This document shows, one piece after another, positions 1 through 8,095 of a DNA stretch of 64,000 nt. Source of the DNA: an uncultured Verrucomicrobiota bacterium (GTDB taxonomy: Bacteria; Verrucomicrobiota; Kiritimatiellia; CAIKKV01; CAITUY01). The DNA is taken from contig CAZHRU010000002.1 of NCBI GenBank assembly GCA_964535015.1, positions 2,215-66,214 of the forward strand, in the 5' to 3' direction. Every line of letters begins with the position of its first letter. Within the stretch, counting starts at the first letter, position 1. The notes below the pieces were generated by a model. That model was not told the DNA's origin, did not search any database, and saw nothing but the letters and a program-made list of their open reading frames with translations. The translations under genes and the position numbers were made by a program.

Positions 1-444
1 CTCCGGAAACGTCAACTCCCGGGCCAGCGTGACCCTTGAAAACCCGCACTCCCGCGCCGCCTGCGCCCCTTCCAGGTTATGGATCGCCAACTGTGTACTG
101 GCATGAAGTCGTAAACCGGGAAAATGAAGCCGCGCCAACCGCGCCACACCCAGGTCCTGGATAATCACGGCATCAACCCCCGCCTCATCCGCGGTCATCA
201 GCGCCTCCAGGACGTCATCCACCTCACGGTCGAGAATCAGCGTGTTGAGCGCCACATACACGGATCGCCGCGGCGTCAACGAGTGCGCATACGCCACAAC
301 CTCACCCAGTTGCTCCTGTGTGAAGTTTCCCGCTTCCGCCCTCGCGGAAAAACGCTTTAACCCGAGATAAACCGCATCCGCTCCATAGTGCAGGGCGGCA
401 TAGGCGCAGTCGGAATCTCCGGCCGGAGCCAGGAGTTCCGTCAC
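1..444 (-). CDS. Peptidase U32 family protein, N-terminal part (gene continues past the left edge of the window)
   Basis: Absent from the ORF track because it is edge-truncated. My own minus-strand translation from GTG 444..442 gives VTELLAPAGDSDCAYAALHYGADAVYLGLKRFSARAEAGNFTQEQLGEVVAYAHS...GVDAVIIQDLGVARL, a typical U32 N-terminus. The GTG overlaps the corA stop (GTGA), suggesting coupling. Confidence 0.75.
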   Translation of the reverse strand, partial: MTELLAPAGDSDCAYAALHYGADAVYLGLKRFSARAEAGNFTQEQLGEVVAYAHSLTPRRSVYVALNTLILDREVDDVLEALMTADEAGVDAVIIQDLGVARLARLHFPGLRLHASTQLAIHNLEGAQAARECGFSRVTLARELTFPE

Positions 445-1412
445 AGCCAGCCCCTCTTCTTCAGCAGGCCATAGAGCAACGCCGTACTCCCGCCCGTGAT
501 CCCCCAGACCCACATCCAACCATTGGGATTGTCGGGGCCGGGCCAATGCATCAGGTTCATTCCGTAATAACTGGTGACCACCAGCACGGGCATAAACAGC
601 GTCGCCAGGACCGACAACACCTTGATGACGTGATTCACCTGCATCTGCTGCAGATTCAGATGCACCTGCAACACGTTGGTCAGCGAATCCCTCGCATTTT
701 CCGCCATGGTGCTGATGCGCACCAACTGATCCAGCAGATCGCGATAGTACGGCAACATATGCGGCCGCAGGATCTTGAATTCCCCGTGCGACATGCGCGC
801 CATCATCTCGCGTTGCGGCCACACGATCTGCCGCAACCGCTGCGCCTCCACCTTTAACTTAAGCACACTTTCAAGGATGCTCTGCGAGGGATCCGACAGG
901 ACATTCTTTTCCAGTTCGGCAATCTCCACCGTCAGATCTTCCAGCGCCGGCGCATACCCTTCCAGCAGGAAGTCCATGATCGTGTACGTCAGGCGGTCCG
1001 GCGCGCGCGCCACTGTCGGCGCATTCTTCAGCACCCGGTCCACCGTGGCGTTGATACACCGCAGCGGATCCCGGTGATAGGTCACCAGGAAGTTCTTGCC
1101 GATAAACAGGTCTATTTCGGACGTTCTGAATTCACCGGCATTGTAAGTGACGGCATGAATCACCACAAAGACGTACCCGTCATACTCCTCAGCCTTGGAG
1201 CGATCACTCGGGGTCAGACAGTCCTCAACGGCCAGCGGATGGAACTGGAAGACGCCATCCAGAACGGACTTGGCCTCCTCGTCAGTACACTCGCCCACAT
1301 CCACCCAGAACTGGACCCCTTCGTCCTGCAACACCACCCGGAGCAAATCCAGGGAAAGATCCTGACTGATCAACTTTCCCTGCGTTTGATTGAATACAAA
1401 TGACCGGACCAT
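441..1412 (-). CDS. corA: Magnesium/cobalt transporter CorA
   Basis: 323 aa. The C-terminal two-TM region carries the signature YGMN (..VTSYYGMNLMHWPG..). Length and cytoplasmic N-domain are typical of CorA. Confidence 0.9.
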   Translation of the reverse strand: MVRSFVFNQTQGKLISQDLSLDLLRVVLQDEGVQFWVDVGECTDEEAKSVLDGVFQFHPLAVEDCLTPSDRSKAEEYDGYVFVVIHAVTYNAGEFRTSEIDLFIGKNFLVTYHRDPLRCINATVDRVLKNAPTVARAPDRLTYTIMDFLLEGYAPALEDLTVEIAELEKNVLSDPSQSILESVLKLKVEAQRLRQIVWPQREMMARMSHGEFKILRPHMLPYYRDLLDQLVRISTMAENARDSLTNVLQVHLNLQQMQVNHVIKVLSVLATLFMPVLVVTSYYGMNLMHWPGPDNPNGWMWVWGITGGSTALLYGLLKKRGWL

Positions 1413-1443
1413 ATCTCACCCCCTCGGCATCGAACCCACCCGC

Positions 1444-2070
1444 TTAGACCGACTCCCCTGCCTGGACCTGCGGCGCCACCTTGCGCCCGCGTTTGGCAAA
1501 CAGATCCATTTGCGGTTCCCTTAGCAGATCGTAATTCTTCAGAATACGCAACACTTGCAGCAAATCCGACTTGTCATAATTCCTGTTGGTCTTGACCATC
1601 CTCACCAACTCCGACAGCATCGTCCGGAAGGACAGCACTCCGTCGATGCCCCGGTCCCGCAGCGCCTTCAACATCTTCTCCTTCAATACGCCGGAGGCCG
1701 GCAACTCCGGCAGGCACAGCACCGCCGCCACCGGCCCCGCCCCCAGCCGTACCGAGGCCGCATTCCGCACCGCCTGGCTGGCAAAACGCGAAATCTCCGG
1801 CGTCTGTTCCAACGTCGTCGCGTAGAACCGCTCCGTATGCCAGCCCCGGACTCCAACCACGGCGCGGGCCACACTCCCCAGATCTGCCGTACTCCAGATC
1901 ATGTGGTCCGGCGTGCGATGCTCCTGCACCTGGGGGTGGACAATCAGAAGATCCAACTCCTCGTCCGCTTTCTTCTGGCGCGACGACGACACGTATTTGC
2001 ACGGTTGACTCGTCAGAAAACCGAGTTGCTCGAAATATTCACGGGCGATCCATTCACTGACAGCAGACAT
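1444..2070 (-). CDS. Hypothetical protein (possible PD-(D/E)xK-like N-terminal region)
   Basis: 208-aa ORF in the same orientation as its neighbours. Its start overlaps the aroB stop by 17 nt. The translation is non-biased, unlike the Arg/Pro-rich antisense ORFs. I recognise no confident family. Confidence 0.6.
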   Translation of the reverse strand: MSAVSEWIAREYFEQLGFLTSQPCKYVSSSRQKKADEELDLLIVHPQVQEHRTPDHMIWSTADLGSVARAVVGVRGWHTERFYATTLEQTPEISRFASQAVRNAASVRLGAGPVAAVLCLPELPASGVLKEKMLKALRDRGIDGVLSFRTMLSELVRMVKTNRNYDKSDLLQVLRILKNYDLLREPQMDLFAKRGRKVAPQVQAGESV

Positions 2071-3142
2071 TCCACATCTCCGAAAGTAGTTCTTCAGATA
2101 CTTCGCATCCCGTCGTCACCGAACCAAGACGTTCGGCCAAAACAAACCGCGGGCGCGTCTGCAACGTCTTCTTGTCGGACAACATTGCATCCCACAACAT
2201 TGCCCACTCGATCCCGTTGCCCTTCGCTGTCTTAATCGGTAATCCCAGCCGCCGCAACAGATCCGTAATCCGCCCCGCCTCGCCATCCGACAACCCCTGC
2301 TTCTTTACCGACACCCGCGCGGCGAAATGCATCCCGATGGCCACGGCCTCGCCATGCAACCATCGTCCATACCCGCCCACTTTCTCGATCGCGTGCCCCA
2401 GCGTGTGCCCGAAATTAAGAATGGCCCGGGGTCCGATCTCCCGCTCATCCATCGCCACCACCTCGGCCTTGATTTCGCAACATCGCGCAATAACCGCCTC
2501 CAGCAACACCGGGTCGCGCCGCAAAAGATCATCCACCCGCCGCTCCATCAACGCAAAAAAGGCCGCATCCCAGATCACCCCGTACTTGACCACCTCGGCG
2601 AGTCCGGAAACGTATTCCCGCTCCGGCAGGGTCCCCAGCAGATCCAGATCCGCGTCCACCTCCACCGGCTGATGAAACGCCCCCACCAGATTCTTCCCCC
2701 GGTTCAGATTCACTCCGGTCTTCCCGCCCACGGAACTGTCTACCATCGCCAGCAGACTTGTCGGAACCTGCACAAAACGGAGACCCCGTAAGTAAGTGGC
2801 GGCCACAAACCCGGCCAGGTCGCCCACCATCCCGCCTCCCAACGCAACCACGACGCTGTTTCGATCCAGCCGGTTCCCGGCGGCCTGCTCATACAGCAGT
2901 TCCACGCACGCAAGTGACTTGGAGGACTCTCCCGCCGGAACCACCGCCGCAATCGTCTCCAGTCCCTGCTCCATCAGCCGGCGCCGGCACGACTCCCCGT
3001 GGAACCGGTCCACATTGGAGTCAGAAACCACCAAGGCTTTTGCACCACGGGTGGCTCCCATCGTCGACGCCAACGACACTCCCCGCCCGATGAAGATGGG
3101 ATAGGAGCGCTCCCCCAACTTGACTTCAACTGTCTTGCCCAT
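2054..3142 (-). CDS. aroB: 3-dehydroquinate synthase
   Basis: 362 aa. Motifs GGGMVGDLAGFVAATYLRG, VQVPTSLLAMVDSSVGGKTGVN and the HTLGHAIE metal site. Confidence 0.92.
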   Translation of the reverse strand: MGKTVEVKLGERSYPIFIGRGVSLASTMGATRGAKALVVSDSNVDRFHGESCRRRLMEQGLETIAAVVPAGESSKSLACVELLYEQAAGNRLDRNSVVVALGGGMVGDLAGFVAATYLRGLRFVQVPTSLLAMVDSSVGGKTGVNLNRGKNLVGAFHQPVEVDADLDLLGTLPEREYVSGLAEVVKYGVIWDAAFFALMERRVDDLLRRDPVLLEAVIARCCEIKAEVVAMDEREIGPRAILNFGHTLGHAIEKVGGYGRWLHGEAVAIGMHFAARVSVKKQGLSDGEAGRITDLLRRLGLPIKTAKGNGIEWAMLWDAMLSDKKTLQTRPRFVLAERLGSVTTGCEVSEELLSEMWNVCCQ

Positions 3143-3226
3143 CGTCGCTCTCCATTCCGGCCCCGCCCGGAGCCATCAGTCGCTTACCTATAGCACGATC
3201 GTCCCGGCCTCACAAGTTCACTGGCG

Positions 3227-3703
3227 TCACGCCCTGTCATCCCCCTGGTCGTCGTCATTCATCTCATCGCTTCCAGACGTCGAGTGGGCGTCAAGGTAAC
3301 CCTGGAGAATAACCTGCGCGGCCAACTTGTCGCGGACCTCCTTGCGCCGGGCCCGCGATACATCCGCCGACACCAGCATCCGCTCGACCAGTCCGGTGCT
3401 AAGGCGCTCATCCCATACCTCAACCTCCAACCCGCGATCCCGTAGCCGCTTGAGAAAAGCCTCCACCTGCAGCGCCATCGGCCCCTTGGTCCCGTCCATG
3501 TTCAACGGGATCCCCACCACCACCCGGACCGCCCCTTTCTCCTCCGCCACCTCGCCCACTGCCCGCGCGGCCTCCGTTTCTGAAAGCACATCACGAGTGA
3601 ATAATGGCGTGGCCACAATCCCCATCGCGTCACTGATGGCAAATCCAACCCGCCGGGTCCCGTAGTCCACCCCCAGCACACGCCCCGCCTTTGCCTGATT
3701 CAT
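3227..3703 (-). CDS. ruvX: Putative pre-16S rRNA nuclease / Holliday junction resolvase-like YqgF (RuvX)
   Basis: VLGVDYGTRRVGFAISD N-terminal motif. I trimmed the start to ATG 3703 (MNQAKAGRVLGVDYG); the longer track ORF (to 3796) would overlap the opgH 3' end. Confidence 0.85.
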   Translation of the reverse strand: MNQAKAGRVLGVDYGTRRVGFAISDAMGIVATPLFTRDVLSETEAARAVGEVAEEKGAVRVVVGIPLNMDGTKGPMALQVEAFLKRLRDRGLEVEVWDERLSTGLVERMLVSADVSRARRKEVRDKLAAQVILQGYLDAHSTSGSDEMNDDDQGDDRA

Positions 3704-3726
3704 CACGAGCGATGTGATCCTCAACG

Positions 3727-5880
3727 TCAACGGTACAACGCCGTCTGGGGACGACTCGTCCATGTGTTGTAGTAGCGCATGGCCAGCCGCCACCATGGCG
3801 ACAGCGCGGACTCCCGGAGGCGCCAGACTTGATGGTGCAGTTCCCCCACGGCTTCGGCATTCATCAGAATGGCCATCTGCTCCCGCCGATCCAGCGATGC
3901 GGGCCCTTTGGCCAGAAGCCGCTCCTGCAACTCCTTCAACCGGTTGGCACGATGCCCGGCCCCCTGCTTCCGCCGGAGTAACGAGCGATGCGACGCATTC
4001 ACGTACGGATCAAGAACCACCTGCATCAACCCGTAATGCGGCACCAACCAGTCCGGCGGCAACAGGTGCCGGCGTATCGCCCGCAGATTCTTAGCCAGAT
4101 GACGAACCACCGACGGCGGGTTGTTTTCAACCGGGATGCTGAACATGCCAACCCGCCTCAACCACCGCCCCACTCCGGTCATGCTTAACACCGCTGAAAG
4201 CGGAATGGACCCCATCAATCCAAACGTCACCGGGCTTAACCACCAGAAAAAAGCCGTGTTGATGCGGAAGGCCAGTAGCGCCCACGCCAACCCCACCAGG
4301 GTGTGCCCAAGGTGGGATTTGACGATCCCCTCCCAGTCCACCCCATCACCGGCATCCCGCGTCTGGGCACCCCACGGCACCTCACGCCCACTCAGGATTT
4401 CCATAACAAAACGGGTATTGAACAGCATCTGCACCGGCGCAAGCAGGGCCGACAAGATGTGCTCAATAACAAACCCGAGCAGGACCCGTGCCCCCCCCCC
4501 AAACGAACGACGTCGCTCCCTGTTCACCAGCGTCAACACCACCGCCAACGCCTTTGGCAACGTCAGCAACCCCAGTGTCACCGTGAACAACAGCAACGCC
4601 AAACGCCCGCCCCCAATGTCGAGGAACGACGAAAACCCCACATCGGAGTCGAACCGCATCGCCGCCCCCGAGGCCCAGTAAAGCCATCCGGCTATGGTCC
4701 CCAGCACCAGGAACGCCAGCCATAGGGGCGAGGCCAGATAGGACAAGATCCCCAACAGCAGGTGCAACCGGTTGATCGGATGGAACCCGCCCGCCGTGAT
4801 CAGCCACGCATGTTGCAGATTACCACGGCACCAGCGCCGGTCACGCCGCGCATGATCAATAAACGTGGGCGGAAGATTCTCATAACTCCCGCCCAGTTCA
4901 TACGCCATCCACACCTCGTAGTTTGCACGGCGCATCAACGCCGCCTCCACATAGTCATGGCTCATGAACCGCGCATTCTCCCCCGCCTCACCCGTCACCA
5001 TCGGCAACCCGCAATGCTCAATGAACGGCGCCACACGGATGATCGCATTGTGCCCCCAGAAATTGCCGCACCCCGCCTGCCAGAAGTTCAGTCCCGCCTG
5101 AAATACCGGACCGTACAATGTCCCGGCAAACTGCATCAACCGCGCAAAAAAGGTCTGCCCCTGGATCGGACTGGGCACCGTCTGAATGATCCCCGCCTGC
5201 GGATTGACTTCCATCATCTGAACCAACCGGACCAGCGTATCCGCATTGATCAGGCTGTCGGCATCCAGAACCACCATGTACCGGTACTTGCGGCCCCACC
5301 GTCGCAAAAAGTCGCTGATATTGCCGCTTTTCCGGTTCAGGGCCACATTGCGCTTCCGGTAAAAGATGCGCCCGAATCCCTTGACCTGCTTGCATAGATC
5401 AATCCATGCCACTTCCTCCTCGATCCATTTGTTGGGATCATTGGAGTCACTAAGAATGAACACGTCGAACCGCCCGATGAACCCGGAACGCACCAGATCC
5501 AGATACATCGTCCGAAGCCCCTCGTAAACACGGCTCACGTCCTCATTGTAAATCGGCACCGCAATCGCCGTCGCCGGAAGATCGTCAACCTTCGGCAGCG
5601 ACTCCGGCACCGTCCGCGACAAACTGAACGGATCACGCCTGCGCAACAGGATCAGGAACCCGCACAACGCCTGCACAAATCCAATCATGACCATGCCGAA
5701 CAGCGGAACGAACAGGACCAGGATCGCTTTCTCAATCCCCGTCATGCCTCCCCGCCACAGAATGTCAGCCATCACCCAGGTCGCCAGGCCCGTCATCACC
5801 ACCACAGTGGTAAAGAAGAAGACCTGACGACGCCAGGATCGGCGTAGCGGACTGATGGGAATGGTTCCAAGGGCACTCAT
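3727..5880 (-). CDS. opgH: Glucans biosynthesis glucosyltransferase H (OpgH/MdoH, GT2, polytopic)
   Basis: GT2 core motifs IAVPIYNED, VLDADSLI, QTVP and RRDRRWCRGNLQH, flanked by multiple TM segments. Start trimmed to ATG 5880 (MSALGTIPISPLRRSWRR..), 4 nt after the stop of the upstream gene. Confidence 0.88.
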   Translation of the reverse strand: MSALGTIPISPLRRSWRRQVFFFTTVVVMTGLATWVMADILWRGGMTGIEKAILVLFVPLFGMVMIGFVQALCGFLILLRRRDPFSLSRTVPESLPKVDDLPATAIAVPIYNEDVSRVYEGLRTMYLDLVRSGFIGRFDVFILSDSNDPNKWIEEEVAWIDLCKQVKGFGRIFYRKRNVALNRKSGNISDFLRRWGRKYRYMVVLDADSLINADTLVRLVQMMEVNPQAGIIQTVPSPIQGQTFFARLMQFAGTLYGPVFQAGLNFWQAGCGNFWGHNAIIRVAPFIEHCGLPMVTGEAGENARFMSHDYVEAALMRRANYEVWMAYELGGSYENLPPTFIDHARRDRRWCRGNLQHAWLITAGGFHPINRLHLLLGILSYLASPLWLAFLVLGTIAGWLYWASGAAMRFDSDVGFSSFLDIGGGRLALLLFTVTLGLLTLPKALAVVLTLVNRERRRSFGGGARVLLGFVIEHILSALLAPVQMLFNTRFVMEILSGREVPWGAQTRDAGDGVDWEGIVKSHLGHTLVGLAWALLAFRINTAFFWWLSPVTFGLMGSIPLSAVLSMTGVGRWLRRVGMFSIPVENNPPSVVRHLAKNLRAIRRHLLPPDWLVPHYGLMQVVLDPYVNASHRSLLRRKQGAGHRANRLKELQERLLAKGPASLDRREQMAILMNAEAVGELHHQVWRLRESALSPWWRLAMRYYNTWTSRPQTALYR

Positions 5881-5884
5881 TTGT

Positions 5885-6484
5885 TTAACGGCGGGTATAC
5901 AGGAACAACGCCACCAACAGGGCGGCAAAGACAAGCCACATAAACAGCGTCTTGATGATGGGGAACCGTTCCAGCGTTTCCATCGCCGACCCGGCCAGTT
6001 CAGGAATCAATCCACGGTCAAGGGGGCGCGGCACCATGCTGCTGACTTCCAGTTCAGGCCCCGTCTTGACCAATCGCGCGTGCAGAGTCTCCGAAAACCC
6101 CGGCGGCGCCTCCCGCGGGTTCAGAAACGCGTTCGGCCAGCGCATGGGCGCATCGCACAAATACAGCGCCAGATACGCCTCATCCATCGTCGCCGGCCGC
6201 CCCAGTTCGGGGCGTTGCAGCAGTTCCGCCATCCAACTGGCGATCATCGCCCGCGTCTCGTCAATCGCCAAGGTCGCCAGATTCTCGGCGTTCCCCGCCT
6301 GCCGTTCCAGCGCCCGCTGAAGAATCACCGCCGCCAGCCTCGCCCGATGGAGCCGGCTCGACACCCGGCAGGCACGAAGGTAGTTCTCAACCTTCTCAAA
6401 CGCCTCATCCCATTCCCCGGCCTTCTCCGGATTCCAGGACGGCAGTGCTATGGAGTCCAGTGGTACGTCCACGTTTCGGTGCAT
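5885..6484 (-). CDS. Hypothetical tail-anchored protein encoded between opgG and opgH
   Basis: 199 aa. The body is helical-looking and soluble, with a single C-terminal hydrophobic segment (IIKTLFMWLVFAALLVALFLYTRR). The start overlaps the opgG 3' end by 37 nt and the stop lies 4 nt before the opgH ATG. Confidence 0.6.
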   Translation of the reverse strand: MHRNVDVPLDSIALPSWNPEKAGEWDEAFEKVENYLRACRVSSRLHRARLAAVILQRALERQAGNAENLATLAIDETRAMIASWMAELLQRPELGRPATMDEAYLALYLCDAPMRWPNAFLNPREAPPGFSETLHARLVKTGPELEVSSMVPRPLDRGLIPELAGSAMETLERFPIIKTLFMWLVFAALLVALFLYTRR

Positions 6485-7986
6485 GGCACTCCATCCTTGC
6501 GCAGTTCCGCGCGCAGTTCAACCGCCGTTGCCGAGTCTTCCGCATACACATCAAACGCAATCCGCCACGTCCGGTTAAATGCATTGTACTCGTCAGACTT
6601 GGCCGACAGGTGCCCGCCGGTAACGCCCACCGATGCCTCCGGTTTCACCGCCCCCTCACCGGGCGGCGTGGGCCACGCAAACTCCAGCACAAATTTCCGG
6701 GCCCGCGGTTGCGGCGGTCCAAGGATAGCCCCCGATTTCATCGACACGACCCTTGCCTTCGGAGGCAAACTGTCGTTTTCGTTATACCAGACAATGTCAT
6801 AGGAGAACTCAGCCCAGTCCCCCGGCCCCAGCGCTTTGGCCGGCTCCCAGAACGCCACGATATTGTCATGGAACTCCGAATCCGTCGGAAGTTCCAGTAA
6901 CCGCACCGCCCCTGCTCCCCAATCCCCAACCGGCTTGATCCACCCTGATGGACGCCGGTGGTACGAACACTCCATATCCTGATAAGAACCAAATGAACGC
7001 TCACGCTGGATAAGACCAAACCCCTTGGGATTCTTGTCCTGGAATGCGCTGAAACGTAACCGGCCGTCGTTCTCCAACGGACGCCACAACCATTCGTTAT
7101 TCCCGTTGGCAATCAGCAGACCGTCGGAATCGTGGACCTCGGGCCGGAAGTCATCAAACCGCCTGGCATTGTTCTTGCCGAACCAATACATGCTGGTGAG
7201 CGGCGCAATTCCATAGTTGATCACATTGGTCCTGGCAAAAACCGCCACCCGTGTGTGCATAACGGTCTCCGCGCCCGGAACAATCACGAACGATGCCGCC
7301 CCCGCCACACTCGGACCATCGAATAGCCCGATCACCCTGATCTCCTTCCCGTCCTGACCGGGGCGATATACCCAGAAATCCTCAAACCGTGGAAATTCCT
7401 CAGGCACATTCACTCCACAGTTCACCGCCACCGCCCGCGAGGACAGCCCGTAAATCAGACCCTTTGGCAACGCCCGGAAATAACTCGCCCCCTGGAAAAC
7501 AATCAGTTCATCAAGATACTCGGTAGTGTTCAGCGGGTAATGAATCCTGAACCCCGAGAATGTCAACCCGCGTACGTCCATCCAACTGAGTTTAACCAGC
7601 GGCCCGTAGTCGAACAGCGACCGGTCGAACCCGAAATCCTGCACGTTCTCGCCATCCACCAAATGCATGTAGATCTGGTCGGTCTGACCACCGGCCGGAT
7701 GAAAGAACTGGAGTTGGAAGGGAAGACGCTCTCGCCGCCACACCGCCTCGCGTGTGTCGTAACGGATATCGCGCATCTGGTCATAGGAGAGTTCCCTCAG
7801 ACGCGCCGACAACGGCCGCCGCATATCCTTGTAGGGGGCCGTGGCCATATCACGGGCCATCCCCTTGATACGCTCAAAATCAGGCGCACGCTCCCGCTCC
7901 GCCGATGACACATTCCCGGGGTCTACGAACAAAAAAGCGCCGATGACAAAAACCAATCCCTGCGTCAAAGCTCTATTCATAGACAT
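6448..7986 (-). CDS. opgG: Periplasmic glucan biosynthesis protein OpgG/MdoG family
   Basis: 512 aa with a Sec-type signal (MSMNRALTQGLVFVIGAFLFV). Segments LSYDQMRDIRY, FQLQFFHPAG and GASYFRA are MdoG-like. It is adjacent to opgH. Confidence 0.88.
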   Translation of the reverse strand: MSMNRALTQGLVFVIGAFLFVDPGNVSSAERERAPDFERIKGMARDMATAPYKDMRRPLSARLRELSYDQMRDIRYDTREAVWRRERLPFQLQFFHPAGGQTDQIYMHLVDGENVQDFGFDRSLFDYGPLVKLSWMDVRGLTFSGFRIHYPLNTTEYLDELIVFQGASYFRALPKGLIYGLSSRAVAVNCGVNVPEEFPRFEDFWVYRPGQDGKEIRVIGLFDGPSVAGAASFVIVPGAETVMHTRVAVFARTNVINYGIAPLTSMYWFGKNNARRFDDFRPEVHDSDGLLIANGNNEWLWRPLENDGRLRFSAFQDKNPKGFGLIQRERSFGSYQDMECSYHRRPSGWIKPVGDWGAGAVRLLELPTDSEFHDNIVAFWEPAKALGPGDWAEFSYDIVWYNENDSLPPKARVVSMKSGAILGPPQPRARKFVLEFAWPTPPGEGAVKPEASVGVTGGHLSAKSDEYNAFNRTWRIAFDVYAEDSATAVELRAELRKDGVPCTETWTYHWTP

Positions 7987-8044
7987 TGTCGTTTATGAAA
8001 CCCCCCGTTTAGACTCGCACAGGGACCCCCCTGAATCGGAGGTA

Positions 8045-8074
8045 TTTATAATCCGATCCGATGGCCATTAGCAA
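8045..8074 (-). promoter_or_regulatory. Candidate sigma70-type promoter upstream of opgG
   Basis: Minus strand reads TTGCTA (8074..8069), an 18-nt spacer, then TATAAA (8050..8045), about 60 nt upstream of the opgG ATG. The spacer is long, so this is weak. Confidence 0.25.
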
Positions 8075-8095
8075 GCCTAAAGCCCCTGCCGACGA

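Noticed and set aside
124-360. 78-aa plus-strand ORF at the left edge.
   Set aside because: It is antisense to the edge-truncated U32 peptidase gene, whose minus-strand translation is a clean U32 N-terminus.
5855-6802. 315-aa plus-strand ORF across the opgG/opgH junction. Similar long shadow ORFs occur at 1555..2235, 17162..18097, 19692..20432, 51931..52794, 54294..55187, 57707..58720, 60041..61027, 61314..62267 and 62496..63569.
   Set aside because: All are antisense to genes with clear family signatures and have biased Arg/Pro/Gly/His composition. None has a convincing RBS or an independent family resemblance.
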